Of a stretch of DNA of 64,000 nt, positions 52,105 through 63,514 are shown one piece after another. The translations under genes and the position numbers were made by a program. Origin of the DNA: Dicyema japonicum (Eukaryota; Animalia; Dicyemida). The notes beneath the pieces were generated by a model. That model had not been told where the DNA came from. It made no database searches and saw only the letters and a list, made by a program, of their open reading frames with translations. Numbering within the stretch: the stretch's first letter is position 1; each line of letters starts with the position of its first letter. The stretch covers positions 1 through 64,000 of the forward strand of contig RDEW01000052.1 of the NCBI GenBank assembly GCA_011109175.1, written 5' to 3'.

Positions 52105-53315
52105 TCAACTCTCAGATTTGCGGACATTCTCTTTGGTGGTTTCATCGCAGTACTCCTTTAGAAACGACGGCTTGATGAAGTTATCTGAGAGGATGGGCAT
52201 GCACTCAAAGTAGCACTTCTGTCGGCTTGAGTTGACGCTGAGGTTGCGAATTTCCCTCCTTAATTTCACATCCTTGCTTGACAGGAAATTTTGAGCAGAA
52301 TGGAAGATGTCATGACTTTCAAATAAAAACCTTGGTTCTGTCCCATCGGTCTGAAACTACACGTGGATCGAATACCTGAGTCAAACACGCATACGTAGCT
52401 TTCATCTCATTCATTATGTTGTCGGGAATCTAACGTCTGACAAAAATCTACCACGTGGAGCACCTCGGCATGCTTAATCATAAAGTCAACCATAGATCTG
52501 ACATCGACCTCCTCGTCCACATCAAAGTCCTAAATCGAATAAACCCCGTACAGCTAAGGCAGGCGAAAATATCCGAGCAATGAAGACTGTACTCAGGAAG
52601 ATGTTCATTTTGGCGAGCTTCTGTAAGAAGGGGAACAGAATCAGCAGGAGGTTCTGAGAATATTCAGGAAGCACTCGAATGAGGAGAGAAATCAAGACAT
52701 CTTCTTCTTAACGGAAGTATCTCGGGAGTCAGCGAATATATACCACGTGGAATAGAAAGAAGCTTGTTTTTTAGCTTCTTGTGGATGACCTTCGGCTTGT
52801 GACCCTTGATCATGTTTAACAAGGTTAAAGCATAGTCAAATGTGTGGTACACGTGCTCGTTCAGACATGAGAGATCACCGTCTGTGTTCTCCATGAATCT
52901 GATAATTTCCCTAGCACGTGCTTCATCTCCTTTAATAAGAAAGAGTCCACATATGTCGATCACTTTAAAAGATCAAATAAGGGTACCTCCAATGGAAGAC
53001 AAGTGCTCGATGAGGAGCTTTATGTTTTCAAATCTCTTCCACAGCTGCTTGTGGGCTTCAATTATCAACAGAACTACACAGATTGTGTCGTTTGCATTTG
53101 TTGAAATTCATGAGGTTTTTGAAATGCCTGATTTTCAGGAATCCTTCGATGTCTTTCTCGTCGAGAAACCCCAATGTGTGGGCTTGGACAATTTCGTAGT
53201 AAACCGTGGGGGATAGAATCCTCAGAGACTTCAATATTGTCTCATCTGGAGGGATTACCATCAAATCCGAAAGAAGCTGCCCTTCCGCTACCTCAAAATC
53301 GTCAGAAACCGACAT
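52105..53315 (-). CDS. ARHGAP19: ARHGAP19-like RhoGAP-domain protein (arginine finger replaced by Leu)
   Basis: Open after removing introns 53056-53077, 52963-52986, 52707-52743, 52530-52551, 52430-52451 and 52351-52375. PDETILKSLRILSPTVYYEIV, LLIEHL...GLFLIKG, DYALTLL, VLPEYSQNLL, IARIFSP and MVDFMIKHA align with recalled ARHGAP19 segments. The 3' end (TGA 52105-52107) is less certain. Confidence 0.75.
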
Positions 53316-53559
53316 AGTACTAAGAACCGCCAAATGTAGCTTAAATAGTGAATTTAGATTAGAATCGCGTAAGTTTTAGCAGACGCGCATCGATTGCATG
53401 ACTAATAGCTCGTTGACTACCCCCATCATTTCAGAGTAGAAAACATAATCTGCTACGGTTTACAGCTATTTTCGCATTAACGTGACTCACAAGGCGATAT
53501 ATAGTGTAACAAGTGAGCACGTGGCATATGAAAATTTGATTCATGGGTAGCCTACGTCA

Positions 53560-54720
53560 TCGTTGTGCTTTACAGTTATCTTACTGACTCTTGAATCTCT
53601 GTGGGTATTGATTAGTCATAATTATGTTGCTGAGGAATCGATTAATCCTATCCACGTCGTCCCCCGTTCTCTCTTAGCACCCGAAATGGGAGAGGACTCA
53701 ATCCTATGTATAAAAAACTGCAGTTTGATGAGACCCTGAGCGATACAAGCTATCCATATGCTGCCTACAGAAGACGCAATGGAGACGTCACATTGGACTC
53801 GGATTTGCAAGTAATGGGGAGCTTGGAAGAATGCGCAGAAGGATACTGACACATGTAAAACTTAATTGATTTATGTTTTTTCAGGAGTGCTTATAAATAA
53901 TTGTTGACTTTGAGATGCTTGATGAAACCATATTTGGTTGTTGATTGTAATAAAGTCGGATGGGGGACTGACCTTAGAAGTCCTCTAGAAAAGTGTTCAG
54001 TGAGTCAATCACTCCAGAAGGTGAGAGTAGACTATTCTTATGTTAATCTAACACGAAGGGGGAATGATCAAAGGCATGGAATACGAGGATTGATTCTTAT
54101 TGATCTCCTGATTTTAAAACATTTGAATTTATTTACAAGATCCCCCCAGGAAGGGAGATAGTTTCCACAACGCCTGAGTATGGCCATGATCGGGGCAAGA
54201 TCATGATTATTGACTAATGTCTGTTTTTGTCTCCGAATAAAAAATTTCGCTGCAGTAAAGATGCTAGGATCCCCCAATGAGATCAATTCAATGAGACTCC
54301 GCATGTCTCTTCTTCAAATGGTCGACTGGTCAATGCCCCATGGAAAAAACTTTTATGACGTCATAGCTATGAATATTTTGCTCATGGATGCAATTAGCTT
54401 TTGACTGTTATTTCCGGGGGGTGAATAAATCAATAATGATGTTTGTATTGTGGTGGCAAAGTCACATCGATGATCATAAATATTCAATCTTCCAAGTTTC
54501 ATGGGGAAGATTGAAGACAAGTTTCTTCCTCACGGGGACACAATCTCACCAAATATTAGCATAAACACTTCCTACAAACTCAGATTCGATGGTTTCATAA
54601 AAATCGGGGGATTACATCGATTGGCTGAATACAGAGATCTCTGCTTTCAGAATAGCGAGTTTCTCGGACCACAACAGAATATCAGAAAATCATGACACAT
54701 AATTAACTAATTATAATGCA
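53560..54720 (-). pseudogene. Divergent L-protein EVE fragment (N-terminal RdRp region)
   Basis: AILRRCGNYLP (~54166), FWSD (~54019), CDVSI (~53790) and GAKRER (~53678) fall at nearly the same relative offsets as HPV, FWSDY, D and PK in 16700-17520. Confidence 0.4.
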
Positions 54721-55040
54721 ACAGTGAGACTAATCCTCCAGTAATATCTATGAATAGAATCCTTTACTGATTTATCTAGGGAAGGGGTAACTAGATTTTA
54801 TTCGTCCGGGTTGGATACATAAGAGTAATTTGAACAACAGTAGGTAGAAGGATAGGCAAAATAATTAAGTTGTTTCAAAATAAATCAAAGTAGTATCTAC
54901 ATTTTAAGAATGACCGCTATCTACTAATTGCTAGGACGATGTCGTCAGTCAATTAGCAAACACTCGACTTCGGACTAAGAAGACTTGCTGCAAGAGTAGG
55001 GATCACTAGTAACTCAGTTATAGGTTATTAGTATAATAAT

Positions 55041-55112
55041 GCCCAAGTAGCTCAGCGGAAGAGCGTTAGACTGAAGATCTAAAGGTCGTTGGTTCAACTC
55101 CGACTTTGGGCA
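55041..55112 (+). tRNA. tRNA-Phe(GAA): tRNA-Phe, anticodon GAA
   Basis: Full cloverleaf: GCCCAAG/TTTGGGC, GCTC/GAGC, TTAGA-CTGAAGA-TCTAA, GTTGG-TTCAACT-CCGAC; discriminator A; T5 terminator follows immediately. Confidence 0.95.
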
Positions 55113-55399
55113 TTTTTAAAATGACTGAGCATTTTTTGTTCAAAATATCATAAATCGCATTTGTGGCTAGTTGGTTATAAATTATTTTCCTTCCGATGAC
55201 GTCATTGGATCCACTTACTGAGGAGACGCCCATTGCTTGGCCGTCATCAAAAGGATCCAACTATTCTTCCCCAGGGGACAATGTCGTTACCTGGAGACAA
55301 GTTCGTGGAACGAGTCAGATCAAGGTGTTAGCTAGGTCTTTGGAATAATTTTAATTTAATTATTCTTAAACTCTGCCTTTGGTAGCTTTTTAATGATCA

Positions 55400-56800
55400 C
55401 TTGGCATCTCGACCGGTTCACGTTGCGTGCGATCGCTGTCGAGACAACTGAAGTGATAAGCAGGAGACTGAAGTGATAAGATTATCCCATCGGTGTGACG
55501 AGGATGGAGTTGTCTCGAAATGCTACAAAAACTATATGGATAAGCTATCCATTGAAGGAGCGAGAACATGCATCCAGCCAGTTGTGTTGAAAAGGACTCT
55601 CGAAAGCATGCTAACCAGATCCCACCCGTGAGATGACGAGATTTTCTGGCCAACTCATTTCCTTCCCCCTGACCTACTTGTGAAGTTATGAAAACTATCC
55701 CACCAATGAATGAAGTGATATCCAAGACGGTAGGACGTGTGATGAAAATGGAGGAGGGAGGACACACTTATCCACCTCTCTTTAAAAGGAAGAGCATGTA
55801 ATGAACTATTGGATGATGGATTCGGTCGGCACAAGTAGACGTTCTCCCTTGGATTACTTCCTTAGTTATCTCGTGATTGAACGCATTCCTCTTATGATTT
55901 GTATGGAAAGGAACTTAACCACTCATGCCAATTCGTATCCCAAAAGATATCCCCAATTCCTTAGCATTTGAAATCTCGGTCTACTGGAAGAGTTTGATTG
56001 TGAGGTTAACATAACATCTATAGACGGCGGAGGTCGATCAAAGTCTTAAATGGTGGTACGATGGTTATATTTTGGCAACCTCGTCTTCCTAGCCAAATAT
56101 TTTCTTCAACGTTGACATCAAAGCATGGGGAGTAATGGACATACTCCCGATGTTTTTAGTTCCTCGTGGTACGTAGGGTTAGAAGAAGTCAAGGATAAGC
56201 AGAATGATTTGATATCATAGTCTCTGATAGCCAGGTGGCTAATTTGCAGGAAGGTTGAGGCGCTTGCGCACTTCTATTGCAGAAATGTCTACGGTTCTCA
56301 TCTGAGTTCATCCACTTCGGTTAGATGTGTTTCGCGTCAAGACATTGATCATCCGGAACGTCTGGTATCCGATGTATTCCAAGTCCATTAGAAAGCAAAC
56401 GAGAGGTTACATCCACCGTCGAGACGAAAGGACATCAAGTGAGCATTACTATAGCGGGCCAGACCTGTGCGATTAATTCAACTATTAGGATATCTCGGCC
56501 TAAGGTTTCCTCACTAGGTGATCACAGCCTCCAACTGCATGGGTAGTCCTTTCTCTGAATGGGTTTCGGGGCTCCTTAGAGATACATAAGAAGCCCTGGC
56601 CATTTCCAACTTAACGCCTGAGAAAAGAGACTGGGGTGATATGGTGTCTGATTGCATATTCCGCATGATTCCGCCTGATAGTTTATACGCTCAACCATCA
56701 AAGAAAGAAGGACGAATCACCAGGCAGAACAGTCATATTCAATTGTCAACACAATAACTTGAAGATATAGTTTGCTGATACAAGCCGAAGGTGAGAAGGG
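55400..56800 (+). pseudogene. Possible decayed L-protein C-terminal EVE fragment
   Basis: VHVACDRCR (~55415-55445; cf. VSV YHIACKSCLR); later IDGGG and SHLSSSTS are weak methyltransferase echoes with too-short spacing. Confidence 0.3.
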
Positions 56801-57058
56801 GCTCTTCTCATGTCCATTTGGGAGAATAAGGCTCTCCAAAGTCTTTTCAGTCACATTGTGCGTAAAACAAATATTGTAAGGCTGTCAAACTTGCTGATCT
56901 GAAATTTTCAATTGCAGTCTTTTTCATTTTAAAATTCAAAAAAATAGTCATAACAGTGATTCTACTAAATTTAGTAATATTTATTATTGATTATCATATA
57001 AAAAATATTTTTATTTTTTTAGAAAAATCAAAGTTAAATTCTTGCAAAAATCTGTGTC

Positions 57059-57800
57059 ATGCTGTCTAGGTTATTTTCAAAGGTCAGTCATATAAATTCA
57101 TTTTTAGAGCGTTCGACGATGCTATTCATTTCTGCTCGACAAACCGGCTCCAAGTTTTTCAGGGACAGCAGTGCAATGTGGAGAATTCAAGCAGATCTCT
57201 AACGAACAGTACCTAAAAAGCTTTGTAGTGCTGTTTTTCTACCCACGTGACTTGTACTTACTAAAATATAAACTCAGCACATATGTCTGCCCCACTGAGA
57301 TCATCGCCTTCAACGACCGGAGGGATGAGTTCTCCAAGATCAACTGCAAGGTCATTGCCTGCTCCACGGACACTGAGCACTCTCATATTGCATGGTTTGG
57401 CTGTCATCTTACACGTGAGGACCAAGCTGGACCGACAATTAGGTGGACTGGGGCCTATGAACATTCCCTTGCTGGCTGACAGGAGTCATTCCATTTCCAA
57501 GTCTTATGGAGTCCTATCTGAATCCGGAGACGCCTATAGGTAGCACGTGGTTTTCTATTTAGGGGACTATTTATAATCGATGGTAACGGAGTTTTGAGGC
57601 AGGTGACTGTGAACGGATTACCGACTGGCCGATCCGTTGATGAGACTCTGAGACTTGTGCAAGCGATCCAGTTCACGGATAAATATGGAGAGGGTAAGGG
57701 TCACGTGTGAATTTAAGGATGTCCAATAAATTGGAAACCGGGGGCTTCTACTATTAAGCCAACCCCAGATGGGAGTCTTGAGTACTTTAAGAATAATTAA
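57059..57800 (+). CDS. PRDX3: Typical 2-Cys peroxiredoxin with mitochondrial-type presequence (PRDX3-like)
   Basis: Introns 57083-57107, 57254-57277, 57395-57419, 57540-57562 and 57694-57717 (23-25 nt) give [65 protein letters not shown], stop TAA. Confidence 0.92.
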
Positions 57801-58779
57801 CATGACAATTATCCTCACTAACACGTGTCTATGATTTTCCTGTTAATTTTAATTTTGAGTTCCGGCTTATGGTTTTCATGGTGTTAGGGAAATGTTAGAT
57901 TTTGTTTTGCGTGTAGTAACCTCCCTGAGCTTTGTTTATGGGGGAATCGTGATTTGTCCAGTCTCTTCCATTTTTCTTTGTCCGTTGACATTACATGTTG
58001 TTTGGTAATCTCAGCCCTTGAGCATCTTCCATCTAAAATAGCCGAGAAAGTGATTCTTATCCGTTCACGGGGGACGTCAGAACGAAGTTTTTTCCCATAT
58101 CCCGAGTCTGTTATTAAACTCGTCGGTCTCCTTTAATTTTTATTTTCCGTTGTCGATAACGTAGTATTAGGAAGGTGGGCCCCAGTTCTGTTTGGTGGGC
58201 ACATATGGGAAATATTCAACCCACTAGACTCGACTTCCTCCTCTGAAGATTTGTTGAAAGGATAAATGAATATCCCCACCATCTTAATCAAAAACCGCAG
58301 CGATAGCTATCGAAATCAATTGGGGGAGCCACTGGATTATTCAGACATCAGGGCTTTTGAGTGAGTAGAGGGATGGATTTTTCTACCTTCTCCTTGCAAA
58401 ATCCACTGGCGAAGATTGTGCATCATGAAGTGATGTCCGCGATATGGAAGAGAGCGGACCTACCTCTCCACCTCTTTTCGGAAGCGGAAGTCTGTAATGG
58501 ACTATTGGAGGATGGATTTAGTCCATGCGGACGTTTTCCCTGGAATAATTAGTTGTGACTGTTTGTGCCGGGGTACCAAATATTGTAATCCCGTGGTTAA
58601 TAAATAAAATAAATAACCGAAAAAAAGTACCGAAATTAGCGTAATTTTTCGAGTTTTGAGAAAATGCCCCACAGCGGTAATGATTTTCTCGGAAAATTCG
58701 TTTCTATAGTTGCCTCACTAGGAAACTGTCATCTTTCTTATCATCACTACAAAATATAAACAGAAAAACAGTATATGAA

Positions 58780-59420
58780 TTTGCACATAAATACGCGCCA
58801 TAATATATCCTAGAAGGTCTCTCCCACCCTCTCCTATTCGATGGCATATTCTGCAGACAACTGAGGTCTTCACCGTTTCTTAGTGCTCTGTCCACTGGCC
58901 TCAAATCACCATTAAAGACTTCGGGAAGCGTAATAAGCGGACGACCTCTGAACCTTTCCTCAGATGTTTCAAAGAATTCTTCCATGATGATGTTCGCTGG
59001 CATGTCTCGTTCAATTCTTAGGATGTGACCATCAGTTCCAGTACATGTTCATGATCAGGGTGCTCAGGGTTCCAGTGGAGCATCTGTGTACAATGCTTCA
59101 CTCCTTACCCACATAGGCCACTTTAGTCACAAGAGAGACCAGAGTTCCTTTTTATGAAAGGAATAGACCCTTTTTCGAGAACCTCCATGTTCCAGAGTGT
59201 ACGTGAGGATCTGTTTTACGAAACCCTCATACAATCTGAGACAGAGTGATGGGAGTCTTTGTATCCATTTTTTCAAAAGTTTTTGCATGATCACCGTAGA
59301 TTACAATTCCTTCATTCAAGCATTGAACGAGACTAAATTTCTCTGTTATGGTTGGCTGGTGGAATTTGAATAGAAGAGTACGTTGAGGTAGATCTCAATA
59401 TCAATCAGTGCTGAAAATGA
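58780..59420 (-). mobile_element. RTE-clade LINE 3' fragment
   Basis: LRLYEGFV..ILTY, GHILRI...PANI.M..FF....FRGRP..TLP.V...DL; same family as 24365-24720. Confidence 0.7.
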
Positions 59421-60559
59421 TCAGCCTATGCAATATTTCAAGCGTAGACCGACTGTAAACGCCTAGGTGATCTGCCTAATGAGGTTAATTTAAGTGAGGT
59501 ACCATTGCTTGGTATATGATGAAGTAGCAAGAGGAAAGGCGACAATTTTGATTGTTGAGGATCAAGACAAACCTTAGTCATACTTAGGTATGACATCAAC
59601 CAAACCACACTAAACCAAAAAAATAAGCAAAAATTGAGCACTTAGTTACTAAACCCTGCACTTCAGTTACTATGTTCAATCAAAACTACACATGGTGGGC
59701 ATAATAAAGTTGTGGGGCCTATCTACCTACTTTTATGCGATAAGTATGAAATATCACATTTTAGAAGTCAATGCAGGCTGTCGTTGAACATCCACAACGC
59801 AACAGTCAGCACTAAGATTGCTGTTCAACGTGGTAACCAGACATCGTGTTTTATAACTATCAGAAATGAGCATTACACACTAAAAGTGCTTACAAGCGTG
59901 GAAGCAGAAAATGGGAGTAAAATATTTTTCACAATTTCATTCGGAATAATGCATCAGCAAGTCTATGATGACATGGAATTGTATCGTTGCTAATTCCGCA
60001 GATGTAGAAGCCCATTCTCTACTGTTAGTTCGTCCAGGAATGTCGTGCAATACCACCCGAATCTCAACATTTTTATTTTTTATAATTGGTCCTTTAAAAT
60101 GGAAAATATCTCCTCCAACGTCGACTTATTTCTGACTTGATTTTAAAACACGTTTATTTCCGATAGTTTTTTTCAAAAAATAGCGTTTTCAAACTCTTGC
60201 CACCTTCAGACTTTTATTTTCGATCTCTTAACTGACTTATCTGAATTTACACGTGCTGTCCTAGTCTAGTCCACTTGGCATAGCGCATTCACGGTTTTTA
60301 TATTTTCCTTTGTGTTCAGAATAGTTAGTGACTGCGGTGTTGCTGTTGATGATTGGGTCCACTTCGATATGAAGGAGAGGTTTGATCCTCAGGGTAACAA
60401 CTCAAAAACCATGCAAAAATGATTAACTTGAGTTGAACTCAAAAATGTCAATCATGTTTTTTGACGACCAGAAGACGATCACCTCTTCTCTTGTCTGGGT
60501 CTACCTCCGAGTTTTGTCCAGAACCCAAGACACCTGTCGGATCTCTGGGAGCGTCTGCT

Positions 60560-61080
60560 TTTAGCTGTGATGTCCTTGTTAACCACCAGTTTCTTTCATT
60601 AGAAAGGATCGGGGGTAAATAAATAAAAAACCTTTAGCTAAGAAGGCAGGATTACGTGAGCGTTCCCTCTGATCATTTTGTTTCGAACCTTTGCCTCTAC
60701 CAAAATCTTCAAAGCGATCCCTCATCATATATTTGAGAGAAATGCGTCCTCTTCTCTCCCACGACGCCGGAAGTCTCCAGAAAAGATGTCCGGAAGCGTG
60801 GCGTTCCAAACAAGTGATTTAACTCGGGAGTATGGCCTCCTACCATCGCCTCTGTCCGAGCTTAAGGGCTCCAGTTGAGCAAGGAACCCCGCTCTGAGGG
60901 TCTTTGAACAACGTCATTGAGAGTTTCGTGGTGCGTGACACATCCCGCACTTCGTCAGCAAGACAGGATGTAGACCTTTGGTTTCTTCCAAAACAACATC
61001 TGTGTCGCTAGAATACATCCAATCCGAGTTATGGTGCCACTCCGATCCTCAGGCAATTCTCGTCAAAGAGTTTTTGTGAC
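60560..61080 (-). mobile_element. CRE-clade 3' fragment
   Basis: HETLNDVVQR, DRGDGRRP, KSLVWNAT.PD.F. Confidence 0.7.
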
Positions 61081-61269
61081 TCAAAGTTTTATCCACCAAA
61101 TTAAACTTAGTCTGCTACTTCTTGCCTGTGATAACTTAAGTCACGTGTGCCTACAATCATAACTCCTCCCCTAAAAGACTAAGCTACTTGATCTTCTCTC
61201 CTAAAACATCTTTAATTTTATTTATTTTAATAACCTCGGGAACACCGAGAAAGAAAGACAAAAGAGTCA

Positions 61270-61800
61270 AACAGTTAGGTGATCACAGTCCTCGCAATCA
61301 ATTGTGCCATTCGACGTCTGTGATCTTTCATTGTCCCTACTACTTTCCGGAAGAGCCTTCTCTCGGTCTTGCAGAGAAATCCGATCGGGGAGGGGAATTT
61401 CTTATCCAATCGGTTTTCTCTTGCCTTGGAAATGATCAGGCGAAGCGGGTTTCCATCTTCCTCACAGATGCGAAGAAATCCTGAACCACGACTACGGGTC
61501 GTAGCTTCTATGAGTAGTGGGTCGACTGTTGATCCATTACGTGGGCAAAGCATACTGATGGTTTTCTGGTGTATCGAGTTTACTCTGTGGACCATAGACT
61601 CCGATAGCGCGAATCTCCATGCAACGGAGGCATACTCAACGACAGGCTCGATTGTTTGTTGGTAGAGGGTAGAAACCGAAAAGTCCATGTTCCTCGTGGT
61701 CCTCCGGACAAGAACGCGTAAAACGTTAATTTTTAGCGTGGGAGTTGAAATTGAGAAGACTGTCGTACTTTACTTCAAGGACAGTGGGGTAAATATTTAA
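61270..61800 (-). mobile_element. CR1/L2-group LINE RT C-terminal fragment
   Basis: TLYQQTIEPVVEYASVAW...L......V..IHQK (ORF 61275-61688). Confidence 0.6.
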
Positions 61801-61959
61801 TTAATGAATGGTCTTTTATATGCTCGGACGTAGGCCATCCAAAGTCAGCTCTTGTTGCATCCTGGAAATGATGAAATAGCAGGTGCATGAATGTTTTTAT
61901 AAATTTTGTGAACAAAAAAGTTTCCTTGACTGTTTCCATTATATAAATATAACGACAAT

Positions 61960-62200
61960 GTCTTTTATAAGCTTTCCCTCAAAAAACCTTTAAATGAATG
62001 CAACATACCCTTCTCAACTCTAAAGAAGAAATATTAATGAGGTCATCTTTGAACCGGTCGCTGTGAGAACATCAAGACTAATTGGAAGCAGATCACAAAT
62101 TCTTGTGAATTGTATTAGATCGCTTATCGAAGGAAGTAAAAACATAAAAGAAAAGACATTGCTGGTTCATACAAATAGCTCATTTTAGATTCCAAAACCT
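61960..62200 (+). mobile_element. CRE-clade extreme 3' fragment
   Basis: KKKY...IFEPVAV.TS.LIG. Confidence 0.5.
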
Positions 62201-63514
62201 TTGTGGACCATAGCGTCTTTTAATACATCACGTCACTTCTAATTTACTGATATATTGTGGCATCAATGATGACTGGGAACTTCCATATAAACTGTATGGA
62301 TTGACATAACATTTTAGACATGTTCCAGTTCCCCCGGAAAAGAAAAAAATTGTTTTGTGTTAAATGACTTTAGTTTAATAGCCTATATCCCTTACGAGGG
62401 ATTCTGACAGAATCCACATATTTTCAAGCAGGATTACCTCTTATTACTCCAAAGGAACCCCAAGAGGTCTTTTTTCGCATTTATTTTATTGGGTAACCAT
62501 TTTCAACGCGTTTGTGAGTCAATAAACTGATTCTAAGCATTTTCTTATAAAACAGCGATATTACTAAAAAACCTCAAATCTCGTAAAAATAGACAAAGTG
62601 AATTTTGTTTAGTGGTTTCTAAATATACATACTCGTCCAAAGTTCAAAGACCTCTGTCGTCCTCGATATCCTCTAGTAGACTATAAATATGTTTCACATC
62701 AGCAAATACCATTGGATACATTCTTAGGATTTGTCGAAGCATCCCTATTTATATTTTATTGGATGGGATTTTTTGCACTACAAATATAGATCATTGTTGC
62801 TTATCTCCCTGGATGTTTTTTGTTAAGTTTCCACTTTGTGATTATTTATTTAACATCCAAAGACAACGGTAAAACCATTCTCGTATTCTGGAGTCAAATC
62901 GCATAAGGGCTTCAGAGAAGTCGGTCCGGTTAGATGTTCCCCACAAATCCTTCACTCCGTAACTCTGAAAACCCATCTTTGCATTTCCTCGACCTTCCTC
63001 GTATTTGTCCAAAATGTGGACGGTCCCCACGAGGCGGATGCATGAGAAACATGGCTCGATGTACTGACTTATTTACTTTTATTTCAATATTCCTACTTAG
63101 ATTGTAACTTTTTTTATTTTATTTTAATATTATTTTTTATATTTTTAATAAAATTAAACTTAAATAAAATTGAATCTTGTGAAACACAATATGTCAAATG
63201 ATCCTTTAGTAAATTTGGAGGTTTGTTTGGAGTGGAGGTTAAAGAAATTCTCCCAAATGGGGAAGAAGTTTACATTGAGTAATAAAAAAATAATATTTAA
63301 GACCAATGCTATATACAGATCAAATATCTATGAATAACATAAAACTCACCAATGAGGAGAAAGTTGTAGAAAATTACCACGTTAATAAACTTGATGGAAT
63401 AAGGAAAGACTTAAAGTTTGTTAATTATTTAATATTTTGACTGGCTTATAAAGAAATATCAGTTCTTAGAGATTTTCTTAAACTTTCTTCTGATAATGGT
63501 TACATTTCCTTTGC

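Noticed and set aside
52842-53216. 124-aa plus-strand ORF and similar shadow ORFs (e.g. 39784-40026, 57261-57464)
   Set aside because: Antisense to well-supported spliced genes.
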